DNA of 63,104 nucleotides, counting the filler, from Octopus bimaculoides (taxonomy: Eukaryota), in assembly GCF_001194135.2 (NCBI RefSeq). It is 9 parts of 7 records of this genome, joined end to end, with 100 filler letters (N's around TTAATTAATTAA, not from the genome) between each part and the next. Parts side by side here need not be neighbours in the genome. Positions count along the whole stretch, not along the records: positions 1 to 8,693 come from NC_068985.1; positions 8,794 to 19,347 come from NC_068982.1; 7 more parts are not named here. One strand, given 5' to 3'. The position numbers were made by a program, and so were the translations under genes. Shown here piece by piece: positions 1-12,659 of the stretch. The notes beneath the pieces are model-generated. The model worked only from the letters and a program-made list of their open reading frames with translations, was not told the DNA's origin and searched no databases. Each line of letters opens with the position of its first letter. The first letter of the stretch is position 1.

Positions 1-33
<33 letters not shown>

Positions 34-37
<4 letters not shown>

Positions 38-262
38 TTTGTGTGTGTTTGTGTGCCTGTGTTTGTCCCCCCAACATCGCTTGACATGCAATGCTGGTGA
101 GTTAACGTCTCCGTAACTTAGCGGTTCGGCAAAAAGAGACCGATAGAATAAGTACTAGCCTTACAAAGAATAAGTCCTGGGTCGATTTGCTCGACTAAAA
201 AAAGGCGGTGCTCCAGCATGGCCACAGTCAAATGACTGAAACAAATAAAAGAATAAAAGAAA
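34..262 (+). mobile_element. SINE family A, 3' half, following (TA)n at 1-33
   Basis: GTTTGTCCCC...CGTAACTTAGCGGTTCGGC...GACCGATAGAATAAGTAC...GGGGTCGATTTGCTCGACT...GGTGCTCCAGCATGGCC..AAATGACTGAAAC plus AAAAG-type tail; the same sequence recurs at 7325-7530 and 39940-40150. Confidence 0.85.
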
Positions 263-1093
263 AGAAGGAATATAATTATTTCACAACCATCCGAACGTGA
301 AGTACTCCTCACGACCGCAGTTCTGTGAGATGGTTATGACTTGGAAACAGTTTTGAGTAGGAACCAGAAAGAGAAGTATGAACACACAATGTGCATGTAT
401 GCAATGGATTCGTGAAACGAAACAGAAGACTGAAAACGCAACGCGCGTGTCACATCTCACGCAGTTCTGCTGCAACTTCCTTGTTGTACAGGTCTTATTT
501 CCTGTTATATTTCGGCAAGTCTGTTAAAAGTAGGATACCATGGTGGTGATTCGATAAATACCACGCGAGTGGTTGTCTATCACTACCTCTCGTTCCTTTT
601 ATATTCTTTTTCAAGGATTCTCTTCTTCTATTCTACAGGATGGAGGTGTAAGGGGCTGTACTACTGAACATTTCACGTAAATACAATGCAAAATGACAAA
701 CTATTCAAAAACGGAAGAACAATTTACTTCTATCTCCATATTTTCATAGATGCGTACCTCAAGCCCTCGACGTACGGACAATCTCTGACTACAGTACGTT
801 ATAATCTGGAAATCGGACATTATTCTTGTATTGATCTTCAGTCTCAAAAGTCAAGATCCAACACTTATTCAAATCCAAACGATTTATCATGAACTTTACA
901 GAATCGTAAACTGTAGAATTTGCACCTGAACTATTTTGGTTTGTTTTCATATCTAAAAAAAAAGCTGCTCGAGCAAAGAGATAATATGAAATGACCACGA
1001 TTATAAAACAGATCGAAAATTTAAAAAAGCCGATACTAGTTGCTGGTCATTTCAAAGTGATACTGAAATGACTAGTGACTAGTATCGTCGGAT

Positions 1094-1156
1094 ACACCTC
1101 CATTTTAAGAAGGACTATACCTCCATTTTAAGAAGGGCTATGCCTCCATTTTAAGA
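1094..1156. repeat. 23-bp tandem repeat, ~2.7 copies (ACCTCCATTTTAAGAAGGACTAT)
   Basis: Directly visible tandem units. Confidence 0.9.
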
Positions 1157-2589
1157 CCAGCAGTGGAGAATTATATATATCGTTCAGTGCATTTATGGGC
1201 TCAATTTGTTTTCTAGAACTAACAGCTAATTATTTTTGGAAGAAAGAACAATTGTCAATGATGCTGAATGCCAATTTATCTGATCAAGTAGTAGTATATG
1301 CATTCGTTGTAATTGTTTTTTGCTGAGAAAGAATAAAGTACAACATTTAACTAAGGCATGCGAAAGCAGTTTTAGGATTAAGCAAATATGTAGAGCGATT
1401 CAAATATGTCTGAGACATTTTAACCGTTTTCACAGGAAATTTAGCCAAAGAGAAAGTTTCTCGCTCTAGGCAATAGGTGTTGAAAAACACCAACAGTCAT
1501 TTCAAGGTGGCCTCTAGCGAAAATGATGAATGCAATTCTAGCTTTTGAGGTGTCAGCACTGCATGAAAGTCAACCCTGAAATGTCTTTGTCAGAGTTCGT
1601 TTCCTTATCAAAATACGAGCTGATCACGCTCGACGCCGGCCACAACAGAATATTGAAATAGGCGAGGTAACGGCAAATGGCAGAGGATAAAGCTTTTGTA
1701 CAGATCAAGTATATGTCAAACATACTAGAAATTATCTAAACGTTCATCAACATTATACAAAATATCCGTTTATTTTCTCATAGAAAATAGAGTAAAAAGT
1801 TTCAGAAGATTTAGCTGTTATTTCTAGCAGATATTGCCTCTATTGTACCCATTGGTATGTTATTTGGCTTGCGTTGCTGGATTAGTTGTTTAGCGTGCTA
1901 ATAGTCAATTTGACTGTTACATCACACAAACGTTGGATTCCCACTCATAACAATGCATTATTTCGAGAACTATCAAGGAATCTACCATGAGAATATGTTC
2001 TTTTTAAAATATTTATTTACCCACGAAGATATATTTTCATAAAAAGCAAAAATTTATATATATTTGTATATTCGTTTCAGTCTTTTTAGATTCTATATTG
2101 TATATTTCGATTCTATAATACATTTTTTTTCCATTGTATATTATATATTTTAGATCATATATTGTATTTTTTACATCATACAGTATATTCACTTATTTAT
2201 TTTTGCTATAATACAATAATATTTTCCCCCTTTTTCATCGATTCATCATTTACTATGTATATTTATATTTTTTGCCCCTGATGTTTCTTCTGATGCATTC
2301 AATTTTTACATTCCAAATTACACTCGTTTTGTGTCGTAACAAACAATCTTATGCAATACATTATTTATAAAAACATATATACATACATAAACATATATGT
2401 ATATATACTTGAATATGAGCGTGTGTGAACGTGACAATCATTCGGGTATACATATGCAGAATTTCACATAGAAATTTGTCGGCTTTCGTATACAGTGATT
2501 CATGGAGGTACAATGAATTTATTATTCAGATATGTTATACACAGTACACAGCAAGGAACAACGAAGTAAATATGCAGTCAGCACGCACG

Positions 2590-2664
2590 CACATCCACAT
2601 GAATACATACATACATACGTACGTATATATACGTGTGCGTGTATATGTATATATATCTATATAT

Positions 2665-2723
<59 letters not shown>

Positions 2724-2987
2724 NNNNNNNNNNNNNNNNNNNNNNNNNNNNNNNNNNNNNNNNNNNNNNNNNNNNNNNNNNNNNNNNNNNNNNNNNNNNN
2801 NNNNNNNNNNNNNNNNNNNNNNNNNNNNNNNNNNNNNNNNNNNNNNNNNNNNNNNNNNNNNNNNNNNNNNNNNNNNNNNNNNNNNNNNNNNNNNNNNNNN
2901 NNNNNNNNNNNNNNNNNNNNNNNNNNNNNNNNNNNNNNNNNNNNNNNNNNNNNNNNNNNNNNNNNNNNNNNNNNNNNNNNNNNNTAT

Positions 2988-3024
<37 letters not shown>

Positions 3025-3157
3025 CTGTTGTATATTAAATGATGCACAGAAACGGATATCATATGCAAACGTATTTCACATACTTCTACTTCTAAATGTA
3101 TTTATGTACGTCCGTATATCTATCTATCCATATTTCTCTCTCTCTATATATATATAT

Positions 3158-3237
<80 letters not shown>

Positions 3238-3255
3238 ACGTATGTGTGTGTGTGT
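2590..3255. repeat. Compound (TA)n/(CA)n/(TG)n microsatellites around an assembly gap
   Basis: Directly visible; explains ORF-track entries from 2425 to 3502. Confidence 0.95.
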
Positions 3256-3570
3256 TTTCCATTGTATTTGTGTGGCAGCACACATGAATTGCGTGTATGA
3301 ATATAAGTGAAGCAATAAATATGGCAAAGCTGCACGCCATGAAAAGAAAAGGAAAAGAAGAAAAATTGACAGAAAATATAAATAAATAAATGCACAAATA
3401 AATAAATATATGAAAGAATAAATAAATAAATGAATAAGTAAATATGAAAAAATCCACTTTTGCAAAGCACAGGATATTAACCGAGGACAGAAATAAACAC
3501 ATGACGAAGTATTAACATAGAGAGAGAAAGGGAGCGATGAAGAGAGAGGGGGAGAGGGATAAATAGATAT

Positions 3571-3638
3571 GAGGGAGAAAGAGAGAGGAGGGAGAAAGAG
3601 AGAGGAGGGAGAAAGAGAGAGGAGGGAGAAAGAGAGAG
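3571..3638. repeat. 17-bp purine tandem repeat x4 (GAGGGAGAAAGAGAGAG)
   Basis: Directly visible within a GA-rich tract. Confidence 0.85.
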
Positions 3639-4039
3639 AGGGTGAAAGGGAGAGTGGGAGTGAGAACGGTAGAGTTTTAGAGTAAGGCAGAGAGAGGGGG
3701 AGATAGAAATTGGGACGGATAGGGACATAAACAGAGGGAGGGCTAAAATAAACGAACAAAACAGGGAATGCAATGACAAACGAACGAAAGCATGAAGGAA
3801 ATAATGAGCGGGTGACTGAAGAAGCGAACGAGTGAGTCGGAAGAAGTTGGTAATGAATGTACTTTAGGAAATAAGAGAATGAAGTGAATTTGAAGAATAA
3901 ATATGGAAATGCCCCTTTTAGAAAGAAACAAATAAAAATATGACTGACTGAATGAATGAATTACGGATGAATTACGGAACGAATGAATAAATTCATAAAT
4001 CTTTGGAAATGAATGATTTAATGATGGGTAATGATAGGA

Positions 4040-4455
4040 AAATTGGTGGATGTAGAATCGTTCGGTTGATATTTGCAGACAACCTGGTGCTGCTTTGGAT
4101 ATCGAACGGTGACCTCCAGCATGCACTGAAAGGGTTCGTGGCCAACTGTTACAAAGTAGGGATGAGACTAAGTGTTTTGGAAGCGAAGACATTGGTCCTC
4201 TCAGCCGAATTCTTCCCAGCGCCTAATGCTTGCTTGTAGAACAATACTGAGGCAACTGGGGAAGTTGAAGTATCTATGTAGTTGTATCTGCGAGTAATGG
4301 AAAGCATGAGGCTGAATTAAATTTTAGAATTGCAGATGCTGTCACATTAATGCCCTAATTCCAGCATTCGATTCTTAGAAAAGGAATGGTTCCTAAAAAA
4401 AATAAAGCCAAATTTCTTATGAACAATTCAGTTCCCGAACCAGTTATCACCTGTA
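4040..4455 (+). pseudogene. Decayed RTE-clade (Rex3/Expander-like) LINE reverse transcriptase fragment
   Basis: LIFADNLVLL..GDLQHALKGFVANCYKVGMRLS...LKYL resembles RT motifs 5-7 of RTE elements (FADD, DLQHAL, GMRIS, FKYLG); stops and frameshifts present. Confidence 0.75.
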
Positions 4456-4543
4456 ATCATTATTTATTTATTTATTTATTTTTCTGCTTTCGTCGGTTCC
4501 CATGATTCCCAGTTGCAATCCAGTTCCATTATTATGAACTTCA

Positions 4544-4752
4544 GGGCGGGGCGCTGGCAGAATCGTTAGCACGCCGGGCGAAATGCTTGGCGTTATTTCG
4601 TCTGCCGCTACGTTCTGAGTACAAATTCCACCGAGGTCGACTTTGCCTTTCATCCTCTCGGGGACGATAAATTAATTAGGGGTTGATGTAATCGACTTGC
4701 CCCTTCCCCCAAAAATTTCAGGCCTTGTTCCTATAGTAGAAAATATTATTAT
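4544..4752 (+). mobile_element. SINE family B, near full length
   Basis: Head GCTGGCAGAATCGTTAGCACGCCGGGCGAAATGCTT, B-box-like GAGTACAAAT, core GAGGTCGACTTTGCCTTTCATCC, short (ATT)n tail; more than 10 copies in the window. Confidence 0.85.
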
Positions 4753-5794
4753 GAATTTGAATTTTAAGCTTGGGTCATGAGGAATTTTTCATTGGCTTAT
4801 TACACAACCATGGACGCCACCCATATGCTTGAGTTGCAGTTGATCTGTCGATAGATCTTAAAGATTCTAATCGTTAATCTTCAAGGTTTCGTTCGCTACG
4901 CATCAACTATAAGAAGCACCGTTAACGTAAGTGAGCTCTTCTACTACTTCTCGACAATCCACCATGCTGCAGTCCTATGACTTTCCCGTATCCCTGGAAG
5001 GGTGGTTGAACTGGTGTTATGCCTAGACAAAATGAAACCTGTAACTTTACAGGACACGAACGTCACACGGTGAGATATTTTTGAGTTACCCACAAATTGA
5101 ATTTATGACGGGTAGCATAAATTTTTGAAATAAATTAGTTGGGGCTGGTTAGGAAGTAAATGTAAGTAAAGCATAACGAAGGAATGCTTGACTGAATGAA
5201 ACACAATAGTTAGCGAAGAAGAACTAAGAGATATGAAAAACTGGGAATAGAAATAAACTATTGAATTGATAGACGAATAAGCAAAAAGGGTACGAGTGAA
5301 AATGAAGGGAATAGATGAAGTAATATGAACAATATTTATCAATAAATAAGAAAAGTTCAATGAAGAAAGGAGGCAATTAATGAAGTTATTGAACTAATAA
5401 AATAAAAGGAATTAATTAACGAAAGAACTATGTAAAGAGTGAATAAAACAGATGAATGAGTTAATTTAGGAATGAATTATAGAAAAAAATATGAAATGAC
5501 ATTGTCTGAAGGGGGAGATAACTTAGAACACGAGTCTGTCGGATGTGATTTTAGGAATGTTCGCTGTGATGACATTGATGATGATAAATGATAAGCGGAG
5601 AGAGGGAGAGAGAAACAGAGCAAGAGAGGAGAGGGGAAAGAGAGAAAGAAAGAAATATTTGTGGTTACAATGGTTATGATGGTTACTCATGATGGTGAAG
5701 TCGGCGTCAGAGAACTATCATTTCTTCCGGTATTAGAGATATCTAAATATTCTTCTTATGGTAAAAAAAAAAAAAAGTTTGATTGCTGATGAGT

Positions 5795-6402
5795 AAAATT
5801 TCGGGATCTTTTTTAAAAAGGGGGCCACATTTTTCATTAATGTTTTACGTAGTGTTTTTGGTACCGAAAGACTTTCAAACTTCGTATACTTATCTATTTT
5901 GTGTTATAGAACAGAAAAATATTTTTGTATTCGAATTTATTTCATGTAAAAAATTGTCTTATTTCGATAATTTCAACCAATCACTGACAAGTATTCAGTT
6001 GTTTACATTTACTCCTTTGGCTCATTAAGCGATGTAAAGCGTATTTAATCTCCATACCTTCGTTTTATTTGCTTTTTTNNNNNNNNNNNNNNNNNNNNNN
6101 TAGGGTTAGGGTTAGAGTTAGGGTTAGGGTTAGAGTTAGGGTTAGGGTTAGGGTTAATTGTTTCAGAATCGTTTGTTTATGTAGTCGGCACTTAATGTAT
6201 ATCGGCTGAATGGACGTCAGTGATTGGCTGAAATTACAGAAATACGACAACTTTAACATGGAATAATTTATGGATTTCTTTTTTTTTTTAAGAAGACTAA
6301 GAGAAAAAGATGTTTTATATGACACATTCTACCAGTGTTCCAAGTTTCAAAGTGTTTCGTTAATGAAAAATGTGGCCCCCGTTTTAAAAAAGATCCAAAT
6401 TT
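5795..6402. mobile_element. Foldback/MITE-like element with diverged inverted arms and central (TTAGGG)n
   Basis: GGATCTTTTTTAAAA.GGGGCCACATTTTTCATTAA near 5804 is inverted at ~6360-6395; TAATTTCA.CCAATCACTGAC at 5968-5988 is inverted at 6216-6236. Confidence 0.7.
6101..6156 (+). repeat. Interstitial telomere-type (TTAGGG)n array with TTAGAG variants
   Basis: About 9 hexamers visible next to a gap. Confidence 0.9.
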
Positions 6403-7271
6403 CGTATAAACATATATGTATAGCACTACACCGTGTCCCATTTTGATAAGTCATCTTGTAACAGTCACGTATCTGTAAGATTTGATTATACATAAATCAT
6501 ACGTTTCTCTTTTATTTCAACCGGAAATAAATTTTTAAAAACTGGCTTAAGCTGTTGATACTCAACATAATTTCGTAATAATGAACAAATTTTCGTTTTT
6601 ACTTCAGGTTGTCATAAACCTTGAATAATTTGACATTTCACTTTTTTTAAAGAGAAAGTATTTCAACAAACACACTCACGTATTCACAAAAACACACACA
6701 CACATATATACACAATCATGTACATACATACACACAAACACACACATTTATGTTTCTATGTACATACGCGTATGTGTATGTGTGTACATATACATATATA
6801 GGCACAGATTTTTGAATAATTTCATATTGTCGATAATTCGTATTTCCTGTGATAGTGATGCTGGAGGTGGTGGTAGGGTGGTGGTGGTGGTGNNNNNNNN
6901 NNNNNNNNNNNNNNNNNNNNNNNNNNNNNNNNNNNNNNNNNNNNNNNNNNNNNNNNNNNNNNNNNNNNNNNNNNNNNNNNNNNNNNNNNNNNNNNNNNNN
7001 NNNNNNNNNNNNNNNNNNNNNNNNNNNNNNNNNNNNNNNNNNNNNNNNNNNNNNNNNNNNNNNNNNNNNNNNNNNNNNNNNNNNNNNNNNNNNNNNNNNN
7101 NNNNNNNNNNNNNNNNNNNNNNNNNNNNNNNNNNNNNNNNNNNNNNNNNNNNNNNNNNNNNNNNNNNNNNNNNNNNNNNNNNNNNNNNNNNNNNNNNNNN
7201 NNNNNNNNNNNNNNNNNNNNNNNNNNNNNNNNNNNNNNNNNATATATATATGTATATATATTTATGTGTGT

Positions 7272-7307
<36 letters not shown>

Positions 7308-7324
7308 CTATGTATGTATGTATA

Positions 7325-7530
7325 TATATGAGTGTGTGTCTGTGCTTGCCTCCCAACCATCGCTGGGCAATCGATATTGGTGTGTTTACGTCCCCGTAAC
7401 TGGGCGGTCTGGCCAAAGAGACCGATAGAATAAGTACAAGCTTTACAAAGAATAAGTCTTGGGGGTCGATTTGCTCGACTAAAGCTAGTGCTTCTGCATG
7501 GCCGCAGGCACATGACTGAAACAGGAAAAT
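7325..7530 (+). mobile_element. SINE family A, 3' half, after (TG)n/(TA)n
   Basis: Homologous to 34-262. Confidence 0.8.
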
Positions 7531-7879
7531 GACGTAAAAGCTATACACACATTATGAAACATATGTTACGTATATATTACGTATATAAACACTGCTAATG
7601 TTTTTAGCTAGATTGATAAAAAAAATAATGTACATATTTTCGCGACAGATGAATATAACTGCGTTCTCATCAGAGACGTATACATCAATTTGACCAAAGC
7701 TAGCTGAACGAGCAGTCAATCTTAGTATATAGTCAAAAGCTACAGCAACTGCAGGAAACCGGAGCTATTAATTTGTACACCATAAGTGTATTTTTAAACA
7801 TCAGATGCATGTCAACGCGGATCTCAGTCTATAGTGTATCATTGTATGATATAATATGTGTACCCTACAGAGTACGTAT

Positions 7880-8152
7880 GTGGAGTCACATGGCCTAGTC
7901 GTTAAAGCAGTGGAGTCGCGGTTGAAGTATCGCGGGTTCGAATCTATACCAGGCGTGAGTGTTTATGAGCGAAACACCTAAGCTTCATGCGGCTCCAGCA
8001 GAAAGTGATGGCGAACTTCTTCTGACTATTTCGCCACAACTTTCTCTCAGTCTTTCATCCTGCATCTAGCAGCTCACCTGTGCCAGACCGGCGTCCCGTC
8101 CAGGTCGGGAGCCTATACGCCACAGAAACCGGGAAGCCAGCCCTTATGGGAA
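7880..8152 (+). mobile_element. Chimeric SINE: family C head/body with family D 3' module
   Basis: 7880-8050 aligns to SINE C (34909-35090); 8086-8150 GACCGGCGTCCCGTCCAG..ATACGCCA..GAAACCGGGAA aligns to the SINE D tail (61540-61620, reverse). Confidence 0.7.
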
Positions 8153-8601
8153 GGAACAAACAACATATTGTACTTATATAAACAGGGCGAAGTTTTCTTT
8201 TATTAGATTGAGAAAAAAAAAGTATGAACAATTTCAATCGATTTTAGAATCTTTATGTGCTCTCATCAGAACCGCATACATGACATTGAACAATATCGAA
8301 GAAACAAGCAACCAATCTGTTAATCATGCACACAATCTACCGTAAGTATTTGGAGATACTAATTTGCATACCGTAAGTGCTTGGTTTATGTTTCAGTAAC
8401 ACGGGCCTGCCTACAGGAATATCCATTCATAGAGTATCAAGATATAAAATATGTAACCTGTATGGTACCTATACAATCAGTGCTATAATATATACACGCA
8501 TACATATACATTTAAATAAATATGTGAGCGTGCACCCGCAGGCGCATGTGCGTGCGCGGGTGTGAGTGTGTGTGTGTGTGTGTGTGTGCGTGTGTGTGTC
8601 T

Positions 8602-8658
<57 letters not shown>

Positions 8659-8737
8659 ATGAACTACATTTACACATAGGCGGATACAGTTCANNNNNNN
8701 NNNNNNNNNNNNNNNNNNNNNNNNNNNNNNNNNNNNN

Positions 8738-8749
8738 TTAATTAATTAA
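8738..8749. other. Artificial scaffolding linker TTAATTAATTAA inside a 100-bp N gap (also 19392, 23584, 33490, 39442, 45306, 52372, 60790)
   Basis: Identical palindromic 12-mer with stops in all six frames, centred in N runs eight times. Confidence 0.95.
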
Positions 8750-9836
8750 NNNNNNNNNNNNNNNNNNNNNNNNNNNNNNNNNNNNNNNNNNNNAAAAAAA
8801 AAAAAAAAAAAAGAAGAAAGTTAATTTATATTACATTTCTCTAAAACAGAGAAGTATCTTAGTGATGTTTTGAAATGAAAAAGAATATTTTGAAAAGCAT
8901 TTTTTCCATGAAGACATATACCAAATAGATGTAGCATTTAACTAACACATCATTGTGGAGCAGATTCCAAACATCATCTAAAAATTCCTAAGAAATTTTT
9001 AAATATAAGAAGTAATTGGAAAAAGTTTTAATTTAAATGTCATTAAGTGGACATTACAAAAACATGATTCTCTCCCAATTTTCAGTTGTCTTTCCTATTA
9101 ATCATAAAAATTATTATCAAAGATCTGTTGCTTTTTCTCATATCTACTGTATCGCAAAAAGGTTTTAGTAGTAATGCGCTCAGAGGTTCATGTCTTCATC
9201 AGAAACCTGTAAATGAAGAAAAAATAAGAAAACATAAATTGAAATAGTATGAACATTATCAGGTTTCTTTTAAAAGTAAATTTCTAACAGAATAAACATA
9301 TCAGCACAATACCCCTTTTCATAAAGATTTAAGTAGGCCTCTTGATGACACTTGAACAAGAGGCAATACAGCTTCTTGATTAAGAGACTCAGAATAATTA
9401 CTAATTTTTAATTTTTCTTAGATATACTTTTATTGTAGTTCTATGTCAACAAAGTAACAAGAGGTTTTCAGCATGCACCACAGCAAAGACACAATCTTTT
9501 TTAATAAGACAATGGACTCATCCTTTTTCAGCTCCTGTAGATACTGTTTACATGTTAGATGCTGTTTTAGCTCCTGTAGTTGCTGTTTACACGTCATCTT
9601 ATTTTGATATAAAATGCACTCTGTAGAGTGGTTATATTACTGGACTACAAAAATCATGAGTTCAAATATTATATTCAGCATTGTGATATGAAGAGTATCT
9701 AGGTGTTAGAGGGATAATATTCAATAGCTGTGACCCAGTAATACACACCTACATTTTACATTATCTAGAGCAGCAGAAAACCCATTCTGTGGGTAGTTTT
9801 CTGCTGTTTATTTTCATAAGGACATATGTATATGTG

Positions 9837-9874
<38 letters not shown>

Positions 9875-10002
9875 TATAAGGTTTTTAACTTTTAAATTTT
9901 CATATTCAAAATATGCTATATTGGTAACGGTTGCTACATCCTCTGGAAAATTATTATATATATATATATATATATATAAAGTACCTAGTACTTAAAGGGT
10001 TG

Positions 10003-10065
10003 TAAATAAACCAACACTGGTAGTCAGATGGTGAAGGGGGACAAACACAAACATAAAGACACACA
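10003..10065 (-). mobile_element. SINE family A central fragment
   Basis: Reverse reads TGTGTTTGTCCCC...GACTACCAGTGTTGGTTTATTTAC, matching the SINE A middle. Confidence 0.5.
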
Positions 10066-10267
10066 CTAATCTAATATATTATAATAATGAGTGTAGAGAA
10101 AGTAATAGCAATGAGTGAGAGGAAGTGGTAAAGAGAGGTGAAGTGAGAATAATAGCTGTGATACAAATTCAATTTAAGAGTGTATTTATATATAGCTTTG
10201 TCATGTATTTACACACACACAGAGATATTCATACACACACACATATACATATATATGCATTTATGTA

Positions 10268-10313
<46 letters not shown>

Positions 10314-10329
10314 CATAAAGACATGAATG

Positions 10330-11660
10330 CATATACCTCACCCTACATTGTTAATTGTTTCCAGGAGACACAACTTAAGTCGAATTAACTTGTCTTTAGG
10401 CTAAACCGATAATAATCATTCTCAATTCTGTACTTTATTTATGAATACATTTTCAATAATACATGGTTAATAAAAACCTATTTTAAGCTTACAAACAAAT
10501 AATTTTTATTTTTTAATACAGTACAGTAAAAAAAAAAGTTATCTAAATTTACAAATACAATTTGGCGGTGTTTACTGTACATTGCTGACACTTTATTTAT
10601 GAATGCAGTTTGCAGTAAGACGTGGTAAAATAAAAGCCTAATTCAGTAATTATTATTATTTTGCAATAGTAAAAAAAACTAAATTATCTTAAATTTACCA
10701 ATACGTACATACAAGTTGGTTGTTTACATCACGGATGTAAATGGCTGTGGATCATCAATATCAACAGCTGTTCTCTAGCTGTTCAATGCACTTAAAAAAC
10801 CGGTTGAGAGTTCCTTGAACTGTCTTCTTCTTTTCCTCAAGGATTACATTATAAGGAGCAAAAGCTTCATGATAAGCCCCCCATAATCTTGGAAAAGCGT
10901 TGAGTATTTGGATCTATATCCTTGAACATAGAAAGACCTTTTTCAATATATGCAAATGCTTGCTGCATTTTCTTAATGGTAAAGTGACGTGGTTTAGATA
11001 TGACTTCCTATTCTTCTTTATTTTTTGCTCATGAAGCTCTATCAAATCCTCGTTTGTCACTTGAATCCTCCTCCTCCAAATCCATTTCCAGTTCTTTGCT
11101 CGTAGTCACCAATGTTTTGTTGATGGCAATATTATCAAACCTCTTAAAATCATTCATGAATTGTGGGCATAACTTCTTTATACACCATTCATAGCCGTGC
11201 TCTGTACATCATTCCATGCAGCTGCTATGTTCTGTACATCCTTGAAGATATGGTATCTCTTCCAAAAGTCACAAAGTGTGATGAACTCAAAGTCACAAAT
11301 GAATGAGAATGAGAAAGTAGCTGATAAACAGATGTAACCAAATTTGAATTCAAAACAATTGCAGAATCACGAGTGACAACGCCTAACGTTAGATATCAGA
11401 ACTACGGTGCAATATGAGCTTCAAAAGATCGATAAATTAAACACAGCTGATTTCATTCACTAACCTACACTATTTTATGGTGTGTATCTTAACATTTACT
11501 GTACATATTTTAGTATAATTTTATTCTTATCTATTGTACAGTAATATGATTTTATGTGCTTTTAATGTTTTTCTAGTGATTTTATGATTCTAATATTTGT
11601 GGTGGACAGACGTAAAATTGAGTAAAATGACTTGACTTGATTTTTATTTTTCTACATATT
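10330..11660 (-). mobile_element. Tigger/pogo-like DNA transposon remnant; transposase C-terminus at ~10785-11280
   Basis: Frameshifted DFWKRYHIFKDVQNIAAAWNDV..NGV.KKLCPQFMNDFKRF..KELEMDLEEED..VTNEDLIELHEQK..FTIKKMQQAFAYIEKG..DPNTQRF resembles the Tigger1/TIGD C-terminus; outer boundaries are uncertain. Confidence 0.75.
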
Positions 11661-11894
11661 ATTTTTGAAAACTGATGTATAATCAAGAACAACTTAAATC
11701 AAAACAAATCAAGCTGAGGTATGCTTGTATCTATGTAGTGAAGGAAATATAAAAAAGTTAACAATCAAATATGTATTCTTTATTCCAACATAAAGGTTCT
11801 TGGGAAAGGTTCTTCTTGAAATAAATATTAACAGAATTATCAATGAACAGAAAAGTTAGAAACTGTTAATACTACTATGGCACATCCTACTATG

Positions 11895-11954
<60 letters not shown>

Positions 11955-12393
11955 CCTGCAGTGGCTTCCCTATAAAATAGGATTAGCAGATACTCACAAG
12001 TGAAATATTTTGTTTACATTTTAGGAAGATCATTTGGTGGTAGGATTTTCACTAGAAACATAGTGTTGAAGCAATTACTAAAATAAAGGTTGTAATCTTT
12101 TAATTTTAATTTTACTTTCCGTATCATTTTCATGTCGTCATTTCTGATAGCACGGGTACACGATTTTAATATTAGAAAAGATCTAATTATAAATCTCAGA
12201 GAGAGATATAAGCAGCAGTGTTATGATAAAGCAGTTGTATACTGTCAACTTAATGTGACAGACCCATTAAGGGAACCATACTGCTGCTATTCAGCCCTAG
12301 GAAGCTAGACCGCTTCCTGTTGGCCTTGACACATTTCCTGTGTCCTTATATTTGTGAAAGGGAGAAAGCTTCACCACCCAGCTTTAGTCTGCA

Positions 12394-12436
12394 TTCAGGG
12401 ACATGTTTTTGAGTGATTGCTCGTCATCAGCCTGAA
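12394..12436 (-). ncRNA. Decayed minimal type I hammerhead ribozyme motif
   Basis: UUCAGG-CUGAUGA-C-GAG caauca CUC-AAAAA-CAUG-UC-CCUGAA: 6-bp helix I, palindromic helix III (ACAUGU), GAAA mutated. Confidence 0.55.
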
Positions 12437-12659
12437 GTAGCCAACCAGCTGGTTGATAATTCTTTGTTATAATCATAAGATTGTACACAGAATTGGACAT
12501 AACAGGACAGACAATTCCAAAAAGGTTATGTGAGTTTGAATGATTCTTTTAAAGAATTAATTATGAATAAACAAATGATTTGCCTACTTTTGCCTTTAAA
12601 TGAAAATTTGGCTTACTTTTGCCTTTAAACGAGAACTTTTGTATCGTTATTATTGTTAT

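Noticed and set aside
6101-6156. True chromosome end
   Set aside because: Short, internal, flanked by inverted arms and unique sequence on both sides
6426-6445. Tc1/mariner-like TIR start (TACACCGTGTCCC)
   Set aside because: No matching opposite end found
8240-9215. Isolated CTGATGA cores on the minus strand at 8263-8269 and 9196-9202
   Set aside because: No intact GAAA or helices; several such 7-mers are expected by chance in this much sequence
9985-10003. piggyBac-like terminus (TACTTAAAGGGTT)
   Set aside because: Only one end seen, TTAA not intact, no transposase similarity
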